Origin: Octopus bimaculoides
Lineage: Eukaryota
Direction: 5' to 3'
Assembly: GCF_001194135.2 (NCBI RefSeq)
Contig: NC_068983.1
Span: 116,297,881 to 116,355,615 of the forward strand
Length of the DNA stretch: 57,735 nucleotides
Shown piece by piece: positions 40,501 through 51,434 of the stretch. The stretch's first letter is position 1. Every line of letters starts with the position of its first letter. The position numbers were made by a program, and so were the translations under genes. A model generated the notes under the pieces. It did no database searches and had not been told where the DNA came from. It saw only the letters and a list, made by a program, of their open reading frames with translations.

Positions 40501-41744
40501 ATTCCAGTATAATAAATAGTTTGTGCTATGAAAGAAATGTTTTGCTTGGTTTCTTTAAAAGAATGCTTTTAGAAATTGATATTTTTGCATTCTTTGATTT
40601 AAGTTAAATTTAAGTAGAAACAGTTATTTACTCAAAATTTGTGACAGCCTATTATGGTTGAGACATTGGGAGGAGTGATGACATGAAGAAATGTCTCAAT
40701 GAAGTATATTTTCTTGATGTCATTTATGTGATTATGTCTAAATGTCTGAGATTAGTAGTTGTTCATTACATTTTTTTCTTACAATTAACCCAATCTTTTA
40801 AAATTTAGAATATTTATTTATCAAGAAGTAATGTTTATCATCACCAATATGGCTGCTCAACATTACTACCGTTTAACCCCAGGTAGAGCTTCTGCTATCT
40901 CTCATTCAAATTTTCTAAGTAGCTACTTATTTAATGATCTGTTGTCTGTCTTATTTTTGCTGTCCACATAGCAATACATTAAATTCAAATGACAACACAT
41001 TATTTGTACTCTAAGGATAATAATGTTCTTATCCTCCAGGCAACTTCCACATGTATCAGTTTAGAAGTAAAGATTCCTAGTTCAAATTCTGTTGGATACG
41101 GTATATACATTCAGGAATAAGACATTTGATATTTTGAAATCAAAGCAATTAAAGTATAGTATAACTTTTTAAGTATAGTAAAATCTATCTTCAAAGCCAA
41201 AGTTATTAAGCTGAAAAATTGCCTTTGTGATTTACAACTCCAAAATAATTCACATTTTGCTGAGTCAAGTGTGTAGACAGTCACACAATGATATACATTC
41301 ACTTACTGTATTATCTGACCGATAGTAATAAGTTGCCATCTGCAAAGTAAATATGACTGTCAGTATCAATAAATTATCAGAAACTTGCATCTTCTCAGAG
41401 ATTTCTTGGAACAAAAGAAATTATTGATGATTTGTTTTTTCTTATCAAGTCCCTAAACAGTTTTGTTTAAATGAGTATTTTCTCACATAGAAATCTGCCT
41501 AGGAGTACATTCTCCAGTGGCGGGTGTTTGACCTATAGAAATTTAGCTGCTTTTTTTTTTTTTCTTTTGTAGCAAAACAAACAATTATGTCAAAGTTCCT
41601 TTGTTAGTTCAGATGTGTCTTTGTTCTTCTGAGTGCTCACTAAGCCACTATGAGTATAAGTGCCACTTTCTGATATGCTTTCCTTAGAACTGCTGGAATA
41701 TGTTTATGCAGTATCATTTAGTATTATACTTCTAATTTAACGCT

Positions 41745-42133
41745 CATTTAATAGCCAACCACATGATTTCAGGTTCATTTCACTATACACCATCTTCTAT
41801 TGTTGCTCTTGGTCAACCAGAGCCTTGTGAATGGACTTAGTGGATGGATACTGAAAGAAGCCCATCGTGTGTATGTGTGTGCATGTATGTCTGTGTCTCT
41901 TTATCTTGACATTGCATGACAATTGTTAATGAGTGTCATTGTCATACAAGCAGTATTATTTCCAGTATTCCATGAAAACATGTTTGGCCGTTCGAAAATA
42001 TCATGTTACTTTGAAACAGGTTGAGGTTGGCAACTGGAAGGGCATCTGGCCATAGAAAATTTGCCCCTGTAAACTCTGTCTGGTACATGCAAGCATGGAA
42101 ATATGGACATTAAAACAACAATGATGATGATGA
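41745..42133 (+). mobile_element. SINE with tRNA-like head and RTE-type tail
   Basis: Head/body agccttgtgaatgga...actgaaagaagcccatcgtg is like 6-391. The tail ggaagggcatctggccatagaaa...catgcaagcatggaa...ttaaa...tgatgatga is like the RTE UTR. Confidence 0.65.
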
Positions 42134-43946
42134 CAGAGATTGCCAATTGATTAATCAGCACAACTTAGTTGGGGTAAAGTAGATTGATAAGCACAGCTGT
42201 AGTTGACTGACATCTTTCTGTTGTGCTGCATCTATTTCAGTAGTTGCTATGAAGTTCATTTTTATTTTCCTTCATTTTCTGTTTTGTTTTTCAAAACCAT
42301 AATTTCAGCTCAGGATATTTATGCTTTTTGGCAAGCTTGATCATTTTTCATTCTGTTATGTAGGGTCAGGTAGGGGTCTTGCTTTTACTTACAGTATTGA
42401 GTGGGTCTGTTGGCTATCTAGTTGGATACTTGCATTTGGAATGAACAGAAAGTAAACAGCTCTACACTGTTTCACTGTCTTGCTCTTACTCTCACACACA
42501 CTTGTACATATTTATATATGACCTTTTATTATGTGCCTCTGTGTATGAGTGATTTTCCTTTTATTTTTTTTTTTGTTTGTTTTCTGTGAGGACACTGTTT
42601 GCATCAGACCAAATTAAATATTATAATTTCTTTGAATATGTTTGATTGTTGAAAAATAAATCACACAGATTATAACGGTTTAAGATACTCTTCAGCTTCT
42701 AATCTAAGCCCTTTTATTACACTTCCCCAAGCACAAACCCAGTTATAAGCTAAAGCAATGCAATTTATTTTACTCTAAATGTAATGAACAGGTGATTGGG
42801 GTATAAAATACATGGCTTACTTTGGTTATTGATTCCATAAGTGACATACATTAATAATTCTATTTGTTGTTATGGCCACTACATAATTCTAAGGCGAGTT
42901 ACACTCTTGTTATATTTAGTATTTTAGTAATTATTTCACTATGGTACTAGAAAAAATGCAAAGGTAAACTTTGAGACTTTTCAATACAGAATTGTAATCT
43001 CTTTAATCTCTAATCAATTATTTAATTTAGACTTTCATTTTGAAATTGTGTTGTAGCTGCTGAATCTTATTTTGTTTAGTTAGAGCTGTTGTGTATGATA
43101 GAATGTACTGTCACAGTAATTATGACACAGAGATGATAGTATTAAAGAAATAACTTTGGTGTCTTTACAAAATATAAAATGGTCACAAAGTGGAATGAAT
43201 AAGTTAGTAAACTGTACTGTGTACAGAAGAGTAGTAGGAATCTGTAATGAGCATTTTATGTTTTTTGTTTGTTGACAGAGGTCATAATGTATTTTCTGGA
43301 ATTTGACTCTTTTTATCTGACTCACATAGTGCTTTATGTGATAAAGTCAAGCATAAAATTCTTCGCCGTGCAGAAATATCATTTTGGAGCTTAAGACTTT
43401 ATAAATCTTCCTTGAATATATTCTTGCATTAATCCTGCATGTATTCCCTTCATTCCTAATTCATATGCAGAATATTTTTTTTCTTTTATATTAATTACAT
43501 TTAACTTCCATTTATACATGTTTCACTCTCCTTGCATTATTTTTTTAGAGATAAAATTTCTATCCCTTCTCATTTGATATAGTGACACCACCACTTTTCA
43601 TCCCATTCAAAATCCATTTCAATTATGTGTGTGAGTGCGTGCATGCATATATAGAGGCATACTTCGACCTACATCATTTTGAGTTATGTTTTTTCCTTTT
43701 AAAAATTAGTGAAAAAAAAAAAAAAACTAATTAGTCAATTTTTCTGACTTTACATTGGTTTCAACATACAAATTAAAAATAAATCACCTTAGAAGATCAA
43801 ATAGAATATGGAAAAATATGTACAAACCATTTATCAAAATAAATATAAGCAAATAAATTTTTAAAAGTGTTTTTTCATGTTTCACCATTTTTGAGTTAAG
43901 TTGCATGTCTTGCAACCAATTACTAACATAAGTTTAGGTATTCCTT

Positions 43947-43980
<34 letters not shown>

Positions 43981-45896
43981 TATGCACACACATGATTCAG
44001 AAGCCAAATGCCTTTTATATGTTGTATTTTTTTTTCTTTTCTGCTATTAGAAATGGTTAGGGCTTCCTATATGTTCAAAGAACCATATATGATATGACTG
44101 ACATTTGCTTTCTATTAGCATTTTAATTCTAATATTAAACCTAATCTGTAAACACAGTAAATATTAAGTTACTGTGTGTAAGAATATAAGCCAATGTAAA
44201 ACAAAATTTAAGTTATCTGTTGAATGTGTTTTCACAATTTCATGTTGAATTATTGATGGTAGAAAGTTAAATAAGAGAAGAAAAAATTTCACGGAACTCT
44301 TTATCACTAATTTATTTTACAGTTTTAATTAGTATTCGTGTATTTTGTTTTTATTTGTAAACAATTTTTTACTAACCTTATACATAACTTCTTAAAGTCT
44401 GACTTAGACGATTATTGTAAAGAATTAATAATTGTGATGTCTGTGTAAGGCAGAAAAATGATGGGTTCTTTGTGAGTAGAAATTCATAAATATAATTGAT
44501 TCATTAGTATCAGAACAAACTTTTTGACATTGTTTCTTCCTTCTTTATTATGTAAAAAAGTAAGATGACCCAGATGTTGCTTTTCTTTATACATTGGTAG
44601 CAGCATTCAGTTCTGTATACTGATATCAGCTCATACTCATGGTCAGTAAATACACTGATCTGTTTCTCAATTTGTTTAAGTCTGCTTTTCGTATCAGGAA
44701 GATATTGAATATCACCTGTTATCCACCTTCTAATTAGCAGATTCATAGCATCATGATAACTTTATTCCTTGTCCTTAACCTCCCACTTGGCTCAGCATGG
44801 ATCAACTATGCAGCACTGTTGATTTCTTTGATAAGAAACAAGGTCAGTTTTTCAGAGGAGGGATGTCATCCCCTTAGTGATTTACTCAAAGGAAGAAGGG
44901 CAGTGCTCAAAACTTTTCTCACTATATTTGAGATTGGTGTGAAGAAGGAAGGAAGGAAGTTATGTTAGCTTGAAAGCTTGCAACAAAGTAGGGACTCTGC
45001 TAAAGGCATCTGAAGTCAGCTGGTGCTGTTAAATCAGGTGACATATTACATATAGCACCCAAATTGTTATACTGATCTCTAAAATTTGTACTAATGTCAT
45101 CAACACTAAAAGTATGAGTGGCTGTGTTGATTCTGGGTTAGATTTGAATCCATAGTTTAGCAACATAACCTAACATTCATTTTGAAGTATGTGGTTAAGT
45201 GTTCTCTCAGATTTTCCTGCCCTCAGTAATACCTTTTTATGGATATTCTTATGAATTTATAGTAATTTGTTTAATTAGGTGAGTGGGGAGACAATGCTCC
45301 TGTCTTCATTACATGGTTTTATTGCTGTTAGGAACAGATTATGATGTTTAATCTTTCAGAGAATTATTCAGAGAATTATTCTCTTAGATTAGGAGAGATT
45401 GTTAAAGCAAGTACAGAAATGTAATCATTGGATTTGTTTTTGGTTTATTTTTGCTATATCTCATTAGATTCTGTACATTAGGTGAGGCAATTTATCAAGA
45501 TTACGCTCACTAAGGCACTCAAACACATGTGCACACACATATACAAGAAAAAGTGAAAACATTGAAAATGTTGTTTCCTCAGTTTTCTATAGCTCTGCAT
45601 TGGTATAAATGTTACAACTTAAATCAATATTTTTGCTCCTTTGTGTGTGTGTATCTGTAATTATATGTCCACTCACATACATACACATGTATATAACTCA
45701 AACAATTTGTAATTAGATTCTTATTGGAAACCATAAGACTGTTATTTTAACCTTACTTACAGTGTTTAGTCTCAGGTAATTTGACTTATGTCATCAATTA
45801 CCTTTTCACCATTGTCTAATTCTGTATTTCTTCCCACTTGCCTCATCATCGCCTGCTCTTTTATTAATGCTGCTTTTCCGGGACTTTGCTGTACAG

Positions 45897-46078
45897 TGGA
45901 CTTAGCCAAGCTGCGGCTTAAGGACAATGCTAACGTGGATAGTTCCGCAAATGGCGATCAACTGATCTCACCTGACAATGAGGAGTACCATGTTGTGCAG
46001 GGGCGTATGATGAGGGGATTCTGCTGTGCTAGTTTCCCACTTGCCAAAGGTTTAGCACGGACTATCAAACGGTTATGA
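45897..46078 (+). CDS. ARHGEF7: Candidate alternative PIX exon: phase-1 acceptor, either 108-nt cassette (donor gtatga at 46005) or terminal exon to TGA at 46076-46078 (DLAKLRLKDNANVDSSANGDQLISPDNEEYHVVQG/RMMRGFCCASFPLAKGLARTIKRL*)
   Basis: About 49% GC and 7 CpG in 182 nt. Preceded by ~120 nt of pyrimidine-rich sequence with no AG (45776-45894). The open frame is in phase with the 20430 donor. Downstream AATAAA at 46282. No transcript or homology evidence available. Confidence 0.5.
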
Positions 46079-46700
46079 ACCTACACCCCACATGTTGACT
46101 GAAAATCTTTCTCAAACATTAATAGTTGTAATATTAAAGTCACCAGCTTGATACCACCTTTCCAAGTTTAACATCTGTTCAGGAATGGAAAATAACTGAA
46201 TGAACACAATATGGCTGTAGATTATTTTGACACTTTTTTTTTTGTTCCAACAACCATGGCAGGCTGATGCCTGAAACTAATAATAAAGTTGTTGGTTGAC
46301 ATTAAGGAAAGCTCCAAAGAAAAGTAATTTGCCTTTAAGAAAAAAAAAATGTATCTGTAAAAAGAAAGCACATTTTGTAGTTTGTTATTTTTTTGTTTTT
46401 ATCAATGTTATTTTTTAATTGTGTTATTTTCTTTATTTTTCATCTATATTTTTTTAAATTGTACATAAAATTTTACGTCTGTGTACATACATACACACAC
46501 ATATACATATATACATGCACTGTGTTTATATGTTTTGTCTAATATTTGTATTTTCCTAACAGATTTATTAGTATTTTCTTTTTATGAATACTAAAATAAG
46601 TTAGTAAAAAGTGAAGCTGACTTGGGGTAGAATAAGGAAGGAGCCTTTATAATAAAAACATGTTTATTATCACAGTTATTTGTTAATAGATTAGCTGCTA
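46079..46700 (+). promoter_or_regulatory. Possible 3' UTR of the candidate terminal exon with polyadenylation signals
   Basis: AATAAA at 46282-46287 followed by GT/T-rich sequence, another AATAAA at 46651-46656, and two TGTACATA motifs (46460, 46482). SINE-free AU-rich stretch. Depends on the exon being real. Confidence 0.3.
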
Positions 46701-48414
46701 CCTTGTTATCCGGTCTCTGATATTGACTGTATCTCATCTCTTGATACAAGCCAAGAAGAATTACCATCAGTTTGCAGCAAACTAAATAAAGCCATTAATT
46801 TTTCTCTTACTTTTCTTGCCAGAAAACTTTAATTTTTTTTAATCTATTTCTTACATTATCTAACTTATAATTGAATTGTAGAAAAATTGAATTATAATCC
46901 TGTAAAGAAAACAAATCTGTCAGTTATATCAGATTCCTAGAAATAGAATCTTAACATATTTGATATACATCAATTTTTACTTAAAACATGTATCAGTTCT
47001 TTAACTAGTCTTGTTCAGTCATCATCTTCAGTTTTATATGATACTGCCTCTCATATCTCATTTACCTCACAACATTCATTGTTTTGAAAGCAAAAAGGCC
47101 ATGATTTGATGTCATAAATTTCTTTGGTTGTTGTAAAGTTGCATGATAAAACATTGAGCTTTCAATCAAATTAATAGATGATTGCTCATTACAAACCCAA
47201 TTAATTTCAAGATCAATTTAAAAAAAAAATTGGAATGAGTGTTTACTATTATTTACCCAAATTTCATGTCATTTTCTACGTTAAGTATAATGGGTAAATA
47301 CAAGAGAACTTGTTTTGAGACAATTTCATTATATTTCTGTCCATTTGTGAAAAAATAATAATGATAATATAAATAAATCCTTACCTTCTGTGTACATCAA
47401 AGGTATTTTATTACACATTTACACAATATAATAAACATTCCATTCATGATACACAACAGCTTACACATGATACAACACACTCATTACATTCCTTCAGTAT
47501 AACCTTAATGTGGGCAAATGTCCATTTTCATTAAAATATTACTTTAATACCAGCACTAGAACTACTGCAAAATTTCCAGTTTAATAAGTATTTTCATGAA
47601 TTGAATTATAAGCAGAGCAGAACTTTTCTATTGATATGACTTATAAGAAAAACATATAGAAAGTTTTGATGAGTTATGTAGAAAGTAAAATGCTATATGT
47701 ATTTTTCGGATGGAATCAAAATTTTAATATTTTCATTCTATTATTTTTTTTAATGGTTTTTTTTTTAGTTATGAGGATAATATATTCCTGCCATTTAGCT
47801 GTTTCAGAAAAAATTTTTAAAACTTACTAAAACTTAACTTTTACCATGGAGGAGAATTAATTTTAATTATTGGGATGGCCTTGAATTATAGATATGTATT
47901 CTTACTCTTTGAAGTTTTCAAACGTAAAGAGAGTTTTTGGCAAACTTTCAAATTTTAGATTATAGCTTATCTGTTTCTACTTTATTATTTAGGGAGAATT
48001 TCTGATGATAATATAATCTTTTAATATCATTTAGCAAACTGAGCACAATATACACTCACATATATTAGAGCACACACATGTAACATATTTCTTGTAAAAC
48101 CACCCATCAACTGTACAGATAAATTCAAAAAGTTATTTTGTGAAAAAGCTTGCAAAACAAATTTATATANNNNNNNNNNNNNNNNNNNNNNNNNNNNNNN
48201 NNNNNNNNNNNNNNNNNNNNNNNNNNNNNNNNNNNNNNNNNNNNNNNNNNNNNNNNNNNNNNNNNNNNNNNNNNNNNNNNNNNNNNNNNNNNNNNNNNNN
48301 NNNNNNNNNNNNNNNNNNNNNNNNNNNNNNNNNNNNNNNNNNNNNNNNNNNNNNNNNNNNNNNNNNNNNNNNNNNNNNNNNNNNNNNNNNNNNNNNNNNN
48401 NNNNNNNNNNNNNN

Positions 48415-48454
<40 letters not shown>

Positions 48455-49499
48455 GAGAGTGTGTGTGTTAATAATAAAAAGTGAATTTGCATCATGGGAA
48501 TGATTTTGATAATGTGACTTCATTTTGAATTTAATCCAGTAACTGGTTTATATTTTCTTTCTTAGGTTACATATTTAAGTTACTTTACAATGTTGGCACA
48601 TTTTTTATTTCATTCTCTGATGGCATTTATTAAACCTATCCTCTTGGTTAGATATGTCTTTTTCTTTAATTTAAAGAACATGTAGCTTTTCATTATATTT
48701 GGGATCACGTAGTATAAAGATCTTTCTTTTTTCATTTTCTTATTGTTTTTATTGCATGGGGTTGGAGGCAATATTTTTTCCATGTTTGATGTGTTTTGAG
48801 TTTTGTAAATTTATGAATATTCTGACTATAGAATAACTAAAGATACATACCATATCTGTCATTGAGAAAATTGGTGTATACATGCATCTTAAAGCATTTA
48901 TACAAACACATACACACACACACAAAAGATGCATGAAAAATTTTGTAGCTTATCACCAAATACCTATGGGTTACATCAGTGAAAATTGTGGTGCTCAAAT
49001 AACCATTATTGTACCTTTTGCAACTAGTGTCCTTCCATTCTGTCCCAATTAAATGAAGGCCAAGATCTGCCTATTCTTTGATTCATGTTTGTGAAACATT
49101 GTGAATAATGCTAAAGTGATAAGTATACCTTCTAAGTAACAGTGTCAGATAGAAAACTCACTCTTTTGGTTTTAGTAATATTTTTATTTGAGCTTTTAAT
49201 TTTTATTACTATTCAATGCCTAAACAGTCAAATTTAGCTGTTATATGTTTCTTATCTTACTGTACCATATTATTTGATATTCATCAACATTTATATTATT
49301 TGATTAATGAATGACTTACAACTTTTATTCAGTTACACTACTGATGTCTCTGAGAATGGTAATAGCATGAAGCAAGGCTGTTCCTCTTCTCTTTATAAAT
49401 ATGTTGTTTTACACCTACACGAAAAAAAATCAATTACCGCTAATATTCTTTAATCTATCTTTCCTCAGGTTTCATTAACAATTGTTAATGTTAAAGGTA

Positions 49500-49504
49500 A
49501 TAAT

Positions 49505-49553
<49 letters not shown>
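49500..49553. repeat. (TAA)n microsatellite
   Basis: Directly visible. Source of the poly-Y ORF at 49491-49697. Confidence 0.95.
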
Positions 49554-49556
<3 letters not shown>

Positions 49557-50711
49557 GATAAATAAGTTTCTTAGTGGTACTATATTTATTTTCCCTTTGA
49601 TCTCAGGCTTATGCTTTCCTTGGAATGCTGTAACTGGCTGATACTGTTTAATAACTCTTTCTCCCCACCGTTTCAAACAATATTTTTTGACCCTCATTGT
49701 GTTCTGTTCAAAAGTGTCATTAGCTACTCTGATATGCTGTTAACAATTTTTGAAGTTTGATAGCCAACTTTGTGCTCTAATGTGCAGATGAGATTATCTC
49801 TAAATTAAACCTCAGAATTGATGTTTGCAACACAACATTACTCCATTTGTGTACTACTTTCCAATGAAGTGCTGAGACTATAGTGAAGAGTGGAAAGAGT
49901 TGTCTTTATATTCTAACCTGCCTTTCTAAGTAAGATCTACAAGATTTGTCTCATAGGAGTAAATGGTGCAGTCATTTCTTTAGGTTTAGACTCAACGCAG
50001 TTGCATGCATGCATGCATCCATACATACATACATGCATACATACATACACATACATACATACACACCCATTTGCTTTCTGTTCAGTTGTCTATAATGTAT
50101 ATTGATTTGATTATTAGTAAATATTTTGATATCTCCATTTGGCTGATTAATATCTGTATGAAAGATGAAGAAATATTTTTAAAATAGCTGATTTCAGAGA
50201 TATGCTATCTTTGATTCAATTAATTTTTAAAATAATGAAGTATTTACTAAAATAACATTATCATTATTAAGCTGGGATCTAGAACGAATTAGCATAAAAT
50301 TTTGATGAAAGATTATAATTTGGACTACTATAAAACAGCAAGTTTATGTCATAGAACCTGAGGTGGTCTCAGGCGAGTTGGTATCAAAAGGACCCTCGTT
50401 CGTCTACTGAGAATGCTGCCTTTATCACTGGATCAGCATTACTATTTGTACTTGTATTTACAATTATAAGGTTCTGAACTACAGACATTCACTTTTGTCA
50501 CAGATCAATTACATTTGTACAATAGTTAAAGCATTGCTATAATGCATTTATATTTTTACTTATGAATTAGTCATTTAAATTATTGCTTGCTAGTTTCTTG
50601 ATAATATGCATTTCTGGCATAGTTAAGAAATTTGAAATTTTTATCAATGTAGAAAGTTCTAGCCTATGTCAATTTATAACTTAGTATTCTATATTTTTCA
50701 GATGAGGAATT

Positions 50712-51434
50712 ATGTACATTATTTACAATGGACAGATAGGTGTCCTCATTTTGTTACCCATTATTTGACTAATGGGGTACACTGTTCTTATTCCTAAGGC
50801 ATGTTGCTGATGTTATTTTTCTGTTGATATTATTTTTTCGAGTCCCTGCCTGTGATTGAACTTAGAATTCGAGGGTTAGTAGCCCACACTCTTATCCACT
50901 ATGCTATATTTCTGTGGGCAATTATAGAGTGAATTTTAGGGCTTAGAAACCTAATATTTTATCTTTTTTTTAAATACTGGTTCCCATATTACATTCATAT
51001 CTCCACTAGGTCTGCTTAGGAAAATTAAAAGAGGCTGCACATATGCTTGGACACAATAACTACTTAAGCAGACCCAGTGCAGATATGAATGTAATATGGG
51101 AACCAGTATTAAGAAAAGATAAAATAATAGGTTTATAAGTCCTAAAATTCACTCTATAATTGCCCACAAGCATATAGCATAGTCGATAAGAGCACGGGTT
51201 ACTAACCCTCAGATTGTAAGTTCAATCCCAGGCAGAGAATTGAAAAATAATGTCAACAGAAAAATAACAGCAGCAGCATACCTTAGGAATGAGTACCCCA
51301 TTAGTCAAATAAAGGATTGGGTTCAAAATTCCACCAGAACACCTGATGAAGGCTGGAGAGTACATCAGCTAAAATCTTGTGATAACAACAAACAAGATGA
51401 GGACACTTATCCATCCATTGTAAATAATGTACAT
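50712..51434. mobile_element. Foldback element: inverted arms 50712-51018 and 51065-51434 around a 46-nt spacer, containing a tRNA-like head and a Penelope-type hammerhead-like motif
   Basis: The arms are visibly reverse-complementary: tgtacattatttacaatgga / tccattgtaaataatgtaca, and aatactggttcccatattacattcatatct / agatatgaatgtaatatgggaaccagtatt. CTGATGA at 51343. Confidence 0.85.

Noticed and set aside
41089-41112. LLDTVYTF resembling the PIX LVDTVYAL motif
   Set aside because: It lies in a SINE B-box segment (gttcaaattc). There are in-frame stops immediately upstream, no acceptor, and no coiled coil downstream.
44152-44177. 9-bp hairpin acacagtaa/ttactgtgt
   Set aside because: Short and AT-rich, so expected by chance in 58 kb.
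50340-50410. Short CpG patch reading QVYVIEPEVVSGELVSKGPSFVY*
   Set aside because: No pyrimidine tract, phase incompatible with the nearest plausible acceptor, and only superficial similarity to PQVLLPEEEK.
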